IMG/VR virus record: IMGVR_UViG_649633004_000004
Coordinates: 2,833-66,832 of that record
Reading direction: 5' to 3' (one strand)
From: a virus
Taxonomy: Duplodnaviria; Caudoviricetes
Length of the DNA stretch: 64,000 nt
Below the pieces are notes generated by a model that worked only from the letters and a program-made list of their open reading frames with translations, ran no database searches and was not told the origin of the DNA. A program made the translations under genes and the position numbers. The stretch's first letter is position 1. Every line of letters starts with the position of its first letter. Positions 55,231-64,000 of the stretch are shown here, in pieces.

Positions 55231-55304
55231 ACAAAAATGCAATACACAACACTACACAAGAAATAATTTACTGATCATTTGTCCAGTGGCGGACAATACC
55301 CTCC

Positions 55305-55595
55305 ATGCAAATCGACCAGATCGCAATCGCTGTCCTGGGGGCTCTCGCCGCCTGGCTGTCGCAGGCCCGCAGCGCGCAGGCGCGGCGATGGGCTCCGGTG
55401 TTCGGCATGCTCGGGCAGCCGTTCTGGTTCTACGCCGCGTGGGAGGCTGGGCAATGGGGGATCTTCGCGGTGTCGGTGCTGTACGCCCTGGCCTGGATGA
55501 GGGGGCTGTGGGTGTACTGGATTGCGCCACGGCCTGCTGACGGTGTCGGCAGGTTGGCCACCATCCAACTGTCGCCCGACAGAAAGCGCTCATGA
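55305..55595 (+). CDS. Small membrane protein
   Basis: Hydrophobic; GMLGQPFWFYAAW..GQWGIF motif. Confidence 0.6.
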   Translation: MQIDQIAIAVLGALAAWLSQARSAQARRWAPVFGMLGQPFWFYAAWEAGQWGIFAVSVLYALAWMRGLWVYWIAPRPADGVGRLATIQLSPDRKRS

Positions 55596-55852
55596 TCCTG
55601 GCCCTGCACATCGACAAAGACGAGCCCGGCCACTACACCGCCCGGGTGCTGGATTGCCGGGCCGAGGTGGACGAGTTCGCCGCCAGCACCATCGCGGCCG
55701 CGATCCGGGAGGCCGCTGTCCGGGGCTACGACGCCAAGGGCTTCCACATCTGGTACGGCCACGTCTGCATCGGCACCACGTCGGCCTATGCCATGCGCCA
55801 TGACGGAGAGACGCTGGCCCTTCGCTTGGTGAGGCTCCACGCGGAGTTCTGA
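55592..55852 (+). CDS. Hypothetical protein
   Basis: ATGA-coupled 86-aa ORF. Confidence 0.5.
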   Translation: MILALHIDKDEPGHYTARVLDCRAEVDEFAASTIAAAIREAAVRGYDAKGFHIWYGHVCIGTTSAYAMRHDGETLALRLVRLHAEF

Positions 55853-56090
55853 GCTCGGACGAAATTCAAGCCCTGTCGGGCACAGCCTCGACACCTCATA
55901 GGCATTACCCTGCCGGGCAGCTCCAGTAGCGCCGGCCGATCCAGGCGACCCCCGTTGCTCGCCAGTAACATGGCGGCACAGTAACCGCTCGCGCGCCTGG
56001 TCAGCGCGGCAATCCCCTCGCGCTGGCGCGGCACGGGAGCGTCGGTATCCTCGCTCTGGCGCCGCTGCAGAGCGACCCTTTCGGCGCAGA

Positions 56091-56297
56091 ATGCCATTCA
56101 TGGTGCGAGACGAATGGATCAGGCGATGTGCGGCGCGCTATGTGGCTGCCGGCGATGTCGAGCCGGTAATGGCTCGGCTGTATGCCCAGACGCGGGCAGA
56201 TGATCAGGCCGAGTTGCACGGTGAGTCCGGGGCGGCATGGATCAGTCCGGAAGATGCGGCCGACGAGGATATGGCGGACTGGGACGAGGATGGGTAG
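56091..56297 (+). CDS. Hypothetical protein
   Basis: Acidic small ORF ending SPEDAADEDMADW. Confidence 0.45.
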   Translation: MPFMVRDEWIRRCAARYVAAGDVEPVMARLYAQTRADDQAELHGESGAAWISPEDAADEDMADWDEDG

Positions 56298-56392
56298 CAG
56301 CTTCAGGGAACTTGATGGGGATTGCTGTCGGAAATGGGCTAGGCGCTCACTCTGTAGACCCGACAGGAATAGACTGAAATCCCCTATAGAAG

Positions 56393-56418
56393 TGGTTCGA
56401 GTCCAATCGCGCCTACCA
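56393..56418 (+). other. attR: duplicated 3' end of a tRNA (probably Val-GAC)
   Basis: TGGTTCGAGTCCAATCGCGCCTACCA gives T-arm + acceptor + CCA with no D or anticodon arm; GGGAACTT arm-like repeats on both sides. Confidence 0.75.
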
Positions 56419-56495
56419 AATTCCCACCCTGAAGAACATCAGACTTCAGGCTTTCGGGGGACTTCTGGGGAACTTTTTTGATTTCCTAGCCGATC

Positions 56496-56527
56496 AAGCC
56501 GCCCCGCGTTGGGCGGCTTTTTCTTTT
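56496..56527. terminator. Terminator
   Basis: AAGCCGCCC-CGCGTT-GGGCGGCTT followed by a T-tract. Confidence 0.6.
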
Positions 56528-56555
56528 GGCTATCCGGATTTGGCTGTGGGTCGGC

Positions 56556-56747
56556 CTATCTTGGGGCACGCTCAATGAGCGCAGCCTTGATGCGGAACAA
56601 TTCCCACAAGCCTGGATGCATCTTGCGATCCCCGGCTTCCCACTGCTGCCATGACCTCAATGCCGAGTGGACGATGGATGCCGCCTCGCTTTGCGTGAGA
56701 GATGCGGCCTCTCGCGCTGCGCGAATGGCTGCGGCAGTAGGGCTCAT
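56556..56747 (-). CDS. XRE-family HTH protein
   Basis: IRAAREAASLTQSEAASIV..ALRSWQQWEAG. Confidence 0.8.
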   Translation of the reverse strand: MSPTAAAIRAAREAASLTQSEAASIVHSALRSWQQWEAGDRKMHPGLWELFRIKAALIERAPR

Positions 56748-56980
56748 GGATTGCGCTGATCCCACTCGGCAGCCTCCCTCAATAAACGGCCTAGGCGCGC
56801 TTGGAGATCGTGCAGCGGCACACCGCGCGCCAACTCGAAGGCGCTCCATGCCTCGGTCGTATCGTCGGTGCTCGACCAGCCCATATCATTGTTGTATTCG
56901 ACAGCTAGGCCGCTGTCGTGTATCAGCTTTGGGCCATCGCGGCGCCAAGCTTTGTGCCAGTTGTGGTGTTTGCCGGTCAT
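56744..56980 (-). CDS. Hypothetical protein
   Basis: MTGKHHNWHKAW; coupled to the HTH gene. Confidence 0.6.
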   Translation of the reverse strand: MTGKHHNWHKAWRRDGPKLIHDSGLAVEYNNDMGWSSTDDTTEAWSAFELARGVPLHDLQARLGRLLREAAEWDQRNP

Positions 56981-56982
56981 GA

Positions 56983-57219
56983 TCAGCCGCGATAGTTGAT
57001 GGCGCCGTCTGCGCGGCGGTTACCGTGTCCTTGACCGGGTTCCAGGTCCAGGCCGGTGACATTGCGGACAACGCGGCGAACGCTGCGGTCCAAGCCCTTG
57101 CCGAACTCGCCGCTGGCGGACAAAACCGCGTGGGCCGCAGCGACGATATCGGCCACATCTGCGCCGGCTTGGTGCTTGGCGGTTGCGGCGTCGATGGCGA
57201 GTTGTAGGCGGTTGGTCAT
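56983..57219 (-). CDS. Hypothetical protein
   Basis: AGGAG RBS; first gene of a small operon. Confidence 0.5.
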   Translation of the reverse strand: MTNRLQLAIDAATAKHQAGADVADIVAAAHAVLSASGEFGKGLDRSVRRVVRNVTGLDLEPGQGHGNRRADGAINYRG

Positions 57220-57286
57220 GTTCATCTCCTCGGAGAGCCAGGAGCCGCCTGGCGTCGGTGGACTGCATCTGCTGTCCATGTGTTGA

Positions 57287-57315
57287 AATATACGCTCATT
57301 GAGCGTATGTGTCAA
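57287..57315 (-). promoter_or_regulatory. Sigma70 promoter with palindromic operator
   Basis: TTGACA-N17-TATATT on the minus strand enclosing ATACGCTCA-T-TGAGCGTAT (57290-57308). Confidence 0.7.
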
Positions 57316-57780
57316 GCACTCAAAACACACTTGAATCCGGATACCCTTTCTTTTTCGAGAGCTGCTTCCATCTTCGCTTTCTCGCGCCCACGGTCTGCGC
57401 CGTCGATCCATTTAGCGTAGACGGTGAAGAGCATCTTGGCGTTCTTGTGGCCCATCTGGCGGGCGATGTAGGTCGGGTTGACGCCCGCCGCCAGGGCATT
57501 CGTCGCGTAGGTATGGCGAGTCTGGTACGCCCGGCGCCAGCGGATGCCGCATACGCGCAGGGCAGGGCGCCAGAATGTATCCCGCTGGCTGCGCTCGTCG
57601 TGCCATGGCCGGCCCGTCACGGGGTTCTCGAAGATGCGGCGCCCGAGCTCCTGGTCCGTCTTGTCGCTGCTGCCCACCATCGTCCAGGCTTCATTGCTTC
57701 CAGGGCCGCCACGGCGCGTGCCACCAGGTCCACGTCCCGAGCGTTGTAGGTTTTGAGGGGCTTCACCTCGCCTGCGGACA
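57312..57780 (-). pseudogene. Tyrosine integrase C-terminal remnant
   Basis: YQTRHTYAT...ARQMGH....VYAKWI; upstream KTYNARDVDL segment is in another frame; N-terminus absent. Confidence 0.8.
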
Positions 57781-57891
57781 CTCAAAGTGTGCGGGGATTT
57801 TTGACCACCGCTGTGCAAAAAGCGCGCTTCAAGCGGGTTGCGCGCGGTGTTTTGCCTATGGCCCCTGGTGTTGCATACAGTGCGCACGATG

Positions 57892-57936
57892 CTTTTAATC
57901 CGTTGGTCACAAGTTCGAATCTTGTACGTCCTACCA
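57892..57936 (+). other. 3' half of tRNA-Lys(UUU), att-type duplicate
   Basis: CTTTTAATCCGTTGGTCACAAGTTCGAATCTTGTACGTCCTACCA with no 5' half; TGTAGGCAAT tandem repeats downstream. Confidence 0.7.
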
Positions 57937-57948
57937 AGCCAATTAAAG

Positions 57949-57988
57949 AAACCCTGCTATGTAAAAAATAGCAGGGTTTTTCTTTTTT
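57949..57988 (+). terminator. Rho-independent terminator
   Basis: AAACCCTGCTAT / ATAGCAGGGTTT followed by a T-tract. Confidence 0.7.
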
Positions 57989-58634
57989 GTCGCTTGTAGG
58001 CAATCTGTAGGCAATTTGTCTGAATGCAGCCAGCCAGCACCAGCAGCAAATCCACGGGCAGAGGCGTACTGCTCAGGAAGTTGCGCTTGGCCCTGCTAGG
58101 CATCCCAAGTCCAAGGGCCTGCCCTAGCAGTACAACCATGCGCAGTTTGTCTTCTGGATTGAAGAAACCAGATGCACTTGACCACAGAGCCCACGGCAGG
58201 GTGACCACGCGTTCCCCTGCTACCTGACCGGCCTGACCAGCGCACGATGCCACTTGTGTTTGCCAAAGCGTCTCAATGACACCTGTACTCCACCAAACTT
58301 CAGATCCACTGCGAGGCTACTTTGCATATGCCAAGTGCGCTACGCCGAGAACCTGACAGTTAGAGGCAGGAGCATGCTTATCTCCAGTTTTACCCTAGCC
58401 GATTTTCAGTCTTAATTCGGCTGGGTGCTGTCGGGCGGTTCGTCAGTTGAACGGCCGCTGGAGCCGGAGGCGGCCATACGCAAGGCGCCACGCCCGATGA
58501 CCGTCGCGCATTACTGACCGGTCGCTAGGGAAGCACCACTGGACTGAGGGTCTTCAAACTCAGACTCATGCCCGATCCGACCGGCCGGGCCCGATCCAAA
58601 AGAGACCTTCATCTGTTTGCCACTAAGCGGTCTG

Positions 58635-59451
58635 TCATGTGCCGAAATCCATGGTGTCCAGCGGGCTGACTGCTCCGCCCGCATCCACCTTCAGCGCATG
58701 CGTATAAATCATGGTGGTGGACACATCGCTGTGGCCGAGAAGCTCCTGCACTGTGCGGATATCGGTGCTAGATTTAAGCGGGTGCGTGGCAAAGCTGTGG
58801 CGCAGGGTATGCACAAAAATGGGCTTGCAAATGCCCGCGTAGGCTACAGCCTTCTTGATCGCTCGTTGCAACCGCTCTTCATACAAGTGATGGCGGCGCT
58901 CAGCGCCTGCACGCGGCAACATCCCCAACCGGTCCTTGTTGCCCTTGGCTTCGCGGACGATGATCACATGGCGGTCAAAGTCCACATCCTTGATGCGCAG
59001 CCGCAGCCCTTCATAAGTAGCATATCCGTGCCGTATAGCAGTTTTGCCAAGAACCGCATGTCCGAGTCCAGAAACTGGAACAACGCACCCACTTCCTCTT
59101 TGGTCAGCATGCTGGGAATGGCGCGCTTTTGCGCCTGGCGGCTCACGCCATCCAGCCAAGCCAAATTGATGCCCAGCACTTCCCGATAAAGAAACAACAA
59201 CGCACTGAGTGTCTGGTTGTGCGTTGATGTCGATACCCTGCGCTCGTTGGTCAGCATGGTCAAAAAAGCCTCATCACTGGCGCACCGATGTCGCGTATGG
59301 CAGCATCTTTCGTGCACGATTACGCCAGCGGATGAAAAAGCGGACCCATTACAGGTAAGCCTTCTCGGTGCTGAGGCTATAGTGCAGGTAACGAACACGC
59401 TTCCTGAGTTGGTCCAATAGTCGTGTTGAGCGCAGTTGTGCCGGTTTTCAT
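58635..59451 (-). pseudogene. intI: Integron integrase pseudogene
   Basis: Across frames: [122 protein letters not shown]; stop, frameshifts and internal deletion. Confidence 0.88.
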
Positions 59452-59464
59452 GGAATCGTTATAT

Positions 59465-59480
59465 TTGTATTTTTAAACGG
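59465..59480. promoter_or_regulatory. Degenerate LexA box upstream of intI
   Basis: TTGT-N8-ACGG (two mismatches to CTGT-N8-ACAG) at the usual integron position. Confidence 0.45.
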
Positions 59481-59559
59481 TATGTCGAGTGCCAACCTAG
59501 GCTGCAAGTCGCTTTCAGGAGGAAACCGTGCCCAGAATATTCCGCAGCTACCAGATTAT

Positions 59560-59591
59560 TCCGCAGGTCTGTGGGATAAATTACGTTAGGA
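59560..59591 (+). other. attI site
   Basis: ...GATAAATTACG|TTAGGAG core GTTRRR divergent from intI, immediately before a cassette ATG (59600). Confidence 0.6.
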
Positions 59592-59608
59592 GTTAAAGCA
59601 TGAGCAAG

Positions 59609-60795
59609 GGATCCTCTGCACGAATCCCTGTGCGATGTGGCTGAGCAAGCCTGAAGCTCAGACAATAGGCACATGAAGCAAAGCAGCCTGGGCCTGAGCA
59701 ATACCACCAAGCGCACGCGTAAGCGCGAATTCCTAGACGCCATGGAACTGGTGGTCCCTTGGGCTGAGCTGGTCTCGCTGATAGAGCCCTACGCACCCGA
59801 GAGTGGGCGCCGGGGCCAGCAGCCCTTTGCAGTACAAACCCTGCTTCGCATCCATTTCATGCAGCAGTGGTTCAAACTCAGTGACCCCGCCATGGAAGAA
59901 GCCTTGCACGACGTGCCAGCCTTTCGGGACTTTGCGGGCCTATCGCACTGGGACGAGCACATCCCCAGTGAATCGAGCATCCTGCGCTTTAGGCATCTGC
60001 TGGAGCGCCACAAGCTGGCCGATCAGATCCTGGCCACCGTGAATGCGCTACTGCAAGCCAAGGGGTTGCAACTCAAGGCAGGCACCGTAGTGGATGCCAC
60101 GCTGATTGCTGCGCCCAGTTCAACCAAAAACCAAAGCCACGAGCGTGACCCCGAGATGCATCAAAGCAAGAAGGGCAACCAGTGGTACTTCGGTATGAAG
60201 GCCCACATTGGGGTGGATGCAGACTCGGGCCTGGTGCATACGGTGCGAGGCACCAGCGGCAATGTCGGTGATGTGGTCGAGGCCAACAGCCTATTGCACG
60301 GGCAGGAGACAGACGCCTTTGGTGATGCGGGTTACCAGGGGGTGGACAAGCGCGCTGATGCCAAGCCAACGGTGCGCTGGCATGTGGCCATGCGCCCAGG
60401 GCTGCGCCGGGCGTTGGACAAAGACAGGCCTCTGGAGGCGCTGATTGACCAGTTGGAGCGCACCAAGGCCAGCATCCGGGCCAAGGTGGAGCACCCGTTC
60501 AGAGTGCTCAAGCAACAGTTTGGGTATGTAAAGGTGCGCTATCGAGGGCTCAAGAAGAACACGGCGCAGATCGTCACGCTGTTTGCGCTGTCAAACCTGT
60601 GGATGGCAAGGCACAAGCTGCTGCAATGCATGGGACAGGTGCGCGCGCACAGGGCATGATGCACAAGGATCAGGGGCCAATGGCCCCCGCGCAGCGTCTG
60701 AGGATGCCTTGCTCACGCCGAGGTTGCTCAACGTGAGTGCTTTTAACTTAGCACATCGCCGTGGCACAACCAGAATCGATTCGTGAAGAGCTTCC
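59609..60795 (+). mobile_element. IS5-family insertion sequence (1187 bp)
   Basis: IRs GGATCCTCTGCACGAATC / GATTCGTGAAGAGCTTCC; flanks CAAG and CTAG. Confidence 0.88.
59673..60659 (+). CDS. IS5 family transposase
   Basis: VVDATLI, WYFGMKAHIGVD, GDAGYQG, RAKVEHPFR DDE motifs. Confidence 0.95.
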   Translation: MKQSSLGLSNTTKRTRKREFLDAMELVVPWAELVSLIEPYAPESGRRGQQPFAVQTLLRIHFMQQWFKLSDPAMEEALHDVPAFRDFAGLSHWDEHIPSESSILRFRHLLERHKLADQILATVNALLQAKGLQLKAGTVVDATLIAAPSSTKNQSHERDPEMHQSKKGNQWYFGMKAHIGVDADSGLVHTVRGTSGNVGDVVEANSLLHGQETDAFGDAGYQGVDKRADAKPTVRWHVAMRPGLRRALDKDRPLEALIDQLERTKASIRAKVEHPFRVLKQQFGYVKVRYRGLKKNTAQIVTLFALSNLWMARHKLLQCMGQVRAHRA

Positions 60796-60981
60796 CTAGG
60801 CGATGAATATGGAACGCAAAATCCTGTATATACCATGCGAAATTTCCCAGAGAATCTGTACAGACCTGACGGTCAGAGGGCCTTCGGTAGTTGGACGGGT
60901 GGATTACTGGGTGTGGTGGGAAAGCAAATGGAAGACTTCAGGGAGTTTCATAAGCAATGGTATGTCGAAGACATGAACTAG
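60796..60981 (+). pseudogene. 3' part of the first cassette ORF interrupted by IS5
   Basis: Open frame LGDEYG...WTGGLLGVVGKQMEDFREFHKQWYVEDMN* ending just before attC. Confidence 0.5.
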
Positions 60982-60988
60982 CAAGAGC

Positions 60989-61048
60989 TTCTAGCATCGG
61001 CTTGCAACGGACGGCGCTGCGCGCTGCCGCTGATGCTGAACGTTTGAT
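60989..61048 (+). repeat. attC site (degenerate R'')
   Basis: 60-bp imperfect palindrome TTCTAGC-ATCGGCTTGCA...TGATGCTGAAC-GTTTGAT. Confidence 0.7.
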
Positions 61049-61062
61049 GAGATTTTTGAGAA

Positions 61063-61308
61063 ATGAATGAAATGTCAAATCACATTGAAGCAAGCTTTGG
61101 ATATACAAAAGACAGTCATGATCAAACGTGCACATACTGCGGCGCCGTATTTCATGTCGTAGTTCCAGGGCAAAAAGGGCACGAAGAGCCAGAGGAATAT
61201 TATTGCCCTGAGTGCTCAACTGAATACAAAACGCGGGCATCCAACTCTCCTACAGTTACGTTGGTTAGGTCAAGAACTGACGGTCGGGACACAAAAAACT
61301 TTTCATAA
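61063..61308 (+). CDS. Gene cassette: small Zn-ribbon protein
   Basis: CTYC and CPEC pairs; low GC; between attC sites. Confidence 0.75.
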   Translation: MNEMSNHIEASFGYTKDSHDQTCTYCGAVFHVVVPGQKGHEEPEEYYCPECSTEYKTRASNSPTVTLVRSRTDGRDTKNFS

Positions 61309-61310
61309 TC

Positions 61311-61370
61311 AATTAAGCTAGCGCTCAAGCCGACCCGCCTACGGCGGGCGGCTTACCTTGGCCGTTAGTC
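61311..61370 (+). repeat. attC site (degenerate R'')
   Basis: 60 bp: ...GCTCAAGCCGACCCGCCTACGGCGGGCGGCTTACCTTGGCC-GTTAGTC. Confidence 0.8.
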
Positions 61371-61373
61371 GGC

Positions 61374-62372
61374 ATGAACGGAAGCTCTCGTGAAAGCGCT
61401 CGACCCAGTCTCGGTCCATATTCAATCATGATTAAGCTCGCGCTTACCTTGCTTTGCCTGCTGGGACTTTCCACTTCGGCTCTAGCGCTTGAGTTCCGTG
61501 AAATCCCAAACTCAGGCGAGATCTTGGCCACTGGCAGAGTGGAGAGAGGAGACGCCGAGAAAATTGCTAGGATCATCACCCTCGAATACAAGCAACGGCA
61601 TCACCTTGTTCGACACTTGGTGACCTTGAGCCTGGATTCACCCGGCGGCAGCCTTCTCGGCGGTTTACAGCTCGGGTATGCAATTCGTCAGCTTGGCGTT
61701 CACACGAACATCGGCGCTGGCCAGTCGTGTATGTCTGCGTGCGCCCTTGCATTCCTGGCAGGGCAGGAAAGAACCGTTGAGGGCAGGTTCGGAGTGCACG
61801 CCGTCAGTTTCGATCCAAACGCCAAGCATGCAGATCGCAACGATCAATTGGATTCCATTCAGCAACTGGGTGCGATTACCACTGCCTATGTGAGTGAAAT
61901 GACGGGGAAGAGTGACGTAGCGCTGAAGGCGTTGTCCACATCCGCCGCAAGCATTTCAATCCTGAATGACGCTGAACTAGTGTCGATGGGCGTCATTACT
62001 ATCGCTCGGCGGCCGAGTCAATTCGGACGCCCCGGCTTCAAGTGTCCGGCGGAACAAAACTTCACGGTGCTTAGCGCCGTCTGTGCTCACATAGACATTT
62101 CCCTACTTGATCAAGAGCTCAACACGCTCTATTCGAAGATCCAGAAGGGAGGGGCGCCGTCGGACTTGGCGGAGGAGCAGGAGCGGTGGCGCCGTTATCG
62201 AAACTCATGTATCAACGACCGACAGCCCAACGGGTACGCCAGCATCGTTAACTGCGTACGCGAGTCTTATACCGTTAGGCGCGATCAACTCATGTCAGTC
62301 TGGTTAGCAATGTCTGCCAAGAAGAGCCGACCCGGGTCAGAGAACTGGCAACCTATCGAGCCAACACGTTAA
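61374..62372 (+). CDS. Gene cassette: periplasmic ClpP/crotonase-like (COG3904-like) + LprI-like protein
   Basis: Signal peptide; LSLDSPGG, CMSACALAFLAG, FGVH; C-terminal GFKC..VC..LDQEL..EQERWRRYRNSC; true start may be the ATG at ~61428. Confidence 0.75.
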   Translation: MNGSSRESARPSLGPYSIMIKLALTLLCLLGLSTSALALEFREIPNSGEILATGRVERGDAEKIARIITLEYKQRHHLVRHLVTLSLDSPGGSLLGGLQLGYAIRQLGVHTNIGAGQSCMSACALAFLAGQERTVEGRFGVHAVSFDPNAKHADRNDQLDSIQQLGAITTAYVSEMTGKSDVALKALSTSAASISILNDAELVSMGVITIARRPSQFGRPGFKCPAEQNFTVLSAVCAHIDISLLDQELNTLYSKIQKGGAPSDLAEEQERWRRYRNSCINDRQPNGYASIVNCVRESYTVRRDQLMSVWLAMSAKKSRPGSENWQPIEPTR

Positions 62373-62402
62373 AAGATCCCATTCGTTAATAGGAGCGATT
62401 GT

Positions 62403-62640
62403 GCCTAACCCTTCATATATGGACTCCTCCACAAGGGCAAGAAACTGACTGATCTATTGGCTGTTGGGGAATTGCCTACAGTCGTATATCCGGCATCTAT
62501 TGTGGACTCTGTTGTGGTCCGTGCCAGCATGGAATCTGCGGGACCGGCGCGCCAAATAATACAAGCGGCTTCGGATGAGCCGGAAGAGTTATCGGCGTCA
62601 GATGGTCTGGGGGGCCATCGAGACAGGCGTGATGAAAGAC
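62403..62640 (-). mobile_element. attC left half interrupted by the right end of an IS1111-type (IS110 family) element
   Basis: GCCTAACCCTTC then ATATATGGACTCCTCCACAAG (sub-terminal IR); minus strand GATTCCATGCTGGCACGG...GCCGGATATACGACTG resembles IS1111 3' non-coding ends. Confidence 0.55.
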
Positions 62641-62765
62641 CGCAAGGAGTTGAACATAACCGTTGAGGCAAACGCCAAGGTTTTCCATGGACATGCGGGC
62701 AACGTTCGCTATCGGAAACTGGGTGCGGCCGCACCAAGAAGCGCCGCGCTGTAGCTACGCCGTAG

Positions 62766-63106
62766 CTAGTTCACGAGGCAGATGACCTTCACCACCACAG
62801 TTGCGGCATACGCTGCAAGATCCGCGCTCTTCTGCAATGGGGTTTGCTCATAGTCTGAGCGGAGTGGGGCTTGTTGTGTCGTAGCCGTACCAACTCTGAC
62901 CTGGCTGAGCAAAGGGAAGAGGGCATTTGCGTTCACCGAGTAGGCCAAATGCGAATCGCCTCGGGATTTATCAATACCCCAGACCAGCCCGATCATTAAA
63001 CCTGAATTGTCGAGAACAGGGCTGCCTGAGCCGCCATGGACTGTCTTCAGGCCGATAGAAAAACCATCGCTACCGTGGCGCGGATCACGGGCAACCGAAA
63101 CCGTAC
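62766..63106 (-). pseudogene. Trypsin-like (S1) serine protease C-terminal fragment truncated by IS21
   Basis: VHGGSGSPVLDNSGLMIG motif; 5' part replaced by the IS end. Confidence 0.6.
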
Positions 63107-64000
63107 TGTTGATTTCCACTGAATTCTGACCCCGGTTTTTCATTCAATATTGACCCCACCCTTGGTGGAGTAGCCGGGCTACTCGGTTGTGGATAAGTCT
63201 AACGCCGAAGGTATCGCTTCCCCTTTCGTTGGTGCCTTTCTGCCCCTGGTCTTGGCCGCAGAGGTTGTGGTGGCCGATGAGTTCTTGAACCGCCAGCTGT
63301 CATTGCCCGTCTCCACGATGTGGCAGTGATGGGTGAACCGGTCCAGCAAGGCCGTGGTCATCTTGGCGTCGCCAAACACCTGGCTCCACTCCCCGAAACT
63401 CAGATTGGTGGTGATCATCACGCTGGTGTGTTCGTACAGCTTGGACAGCAGGTGAAACAGCAAGGCTCCGCCGGCCTGGCTGAACGGCAGGTAGCCCAGC
63501 TCGTCCAGCACCACCAGGTCCGTGTACATCAGCCGGTGCGCGATCTGGCCGGCCTTGCCTTGCGCCTTCTCCAACTCCAGCGCGTTGACCAGTTCCACCG
63601 TCGAGAAGAACCGCACCCGCTTGCTGTGCCGCTGGATCGCCTCGATGCCGACGGCCGTGGCCAGATGCGTCTTGCCCGTGCCCGGCCCACCAATGAGTAC
63701 TGCGTTGTGCGCAGCCTCGATGAACTTGGCCGTGTGCAAAGAGCGAACCAATGCTTCATCCACATTGGCCTGGGCGAACTCGAACCCCGCCAGATCCCGA
63801 TGCGCGGGGAAGCGTGCCGCACCCATCTGGTACGCCATGGAGCGCACCGCCCGTTCGGCCGTCTCGGCCTTGAGCAGTTGGTTCAGGAACGCCTCGGGCG
63901 TGAAGTCGGTGTGCCTGGCCTGCGCTGCCACCTCCGGGTAGTTGGCTGCCATGCCGTGCAGCTTCATGGCCTTGAGGGCCGAGATGATTTCGGCGCTCAT
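63107..64000 (-). mobile_element. IS21-family element (right part)
   Basis: Terminal TGTTGATTTCCACTGAATTCTGACCCC with internal TGACCCC repeat; istB. Confidence 0.85.
63179..64000 (-). CDS. istB: IS21 helper ATPase IstB
   Basis: [36 protein letters not shown]. Confidence 0.95.
   Translation of the reverse strand: MSAEIISALKAMKLHGMAANYPEVAAQARHTDFTPEAFLNQLLKAETAERAVRSMAYQMGAARFPAHRDLAGFEFAQANVDEALVRSLHTAKFIEAAHNAVLIGGPGTGKTHLATAVGIEAIQRHSKRVRFFSTVELVNALELEKAQGKAGQIAHRLMYTDLVVLDELGYLPFSQAGGALLFHLLSKLYEHTSVMITTNLSFGEWSQVFGDAKMTTALLDRFTHHCHIVETGNDSWRFKNSSATTTSAAKTRGRKAPTKGEAIPSALDLSTTE

Larger units (their letters stand above)
1..56418. mobile_element. Temperate podovirus-type prophage (left end outside window; right end at tRNA-Val 3' duplicate)
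   Basis: Contiguous recombination, immunity, replication, packaging, capsid, ejection, tail and lysis modules; ends at a tRNA 3' fragment at 56393-56418. Confidence 0.93.

Noticed and set aside
51642-56390. Diversity-generating retroelement or invertible tail cassette
   Set aside because: No reverse transcriptase, template/variable repeat pair or invertase found
56341-56418. Complete tRNA gene
   Set aside because: Only the T-arm and acceptor 3' strand are present; called as attR instead
57860-57936. Complete tRNA-Lys gene
   Set aside because: No D-arm or 5' acceptor strand upstream of the anticodon loop
58262-58370. Possible additional attC ending GTTAGAG downstream of intI
   Set aside because: No convincing R'' or L-box palindrome, and no intact cassette ORF

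Overview
About 56.4 kb of this window (1..~56418) is most of a temperate podovirus-type prophage with a 933W/F116-like late gene layout, in a high-GC betaproteobacterium (Comamonadaceae-like by inference). It comprises an early-left arm (YqaJ exonuclease, ERF recombinase), a cargo block between PL and cI (AAA ATPase, thermonuclease, PEP-CTERM protein, relic of an older repressor), cI/cro/cII-like genes, replisome organiser and DnaB, terminase, portal, N4-gp56-type capsid, ejection proteins including a 2867-aa polyvalent protein, tail genes, a lysis cassette and hicAB. It ends at a duplicated tRNA-Val 3' end (attR); the integrase and attL lie left of the window. A low-GC cargo island between the two ejection genes holds three units: a 3-TM membrane protein carrying the N(F/Y)FDQFD motif that is repeated at the N-terminus of the giant ejection protein (candidate mimic-based superinfection exclusion), a kinase + STAS + TM partner-switching trio, and a DprA + PRTase (ShosTA-like) pair under a near-perfect LexA box. 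Six late genes share a fixed-spacing promoter motif, four of them apparently leaderless. Right of attR are a small phage remnant with a tRNA-Lys att fragment and a decaying integron (intI pseudogene, attI, IS5, three cassettes, degenerate attC sites, an IS1111-type end inside an attC), followed by the end of an IS21 element. All family calls come from motif recognition by eye; no database search was run.
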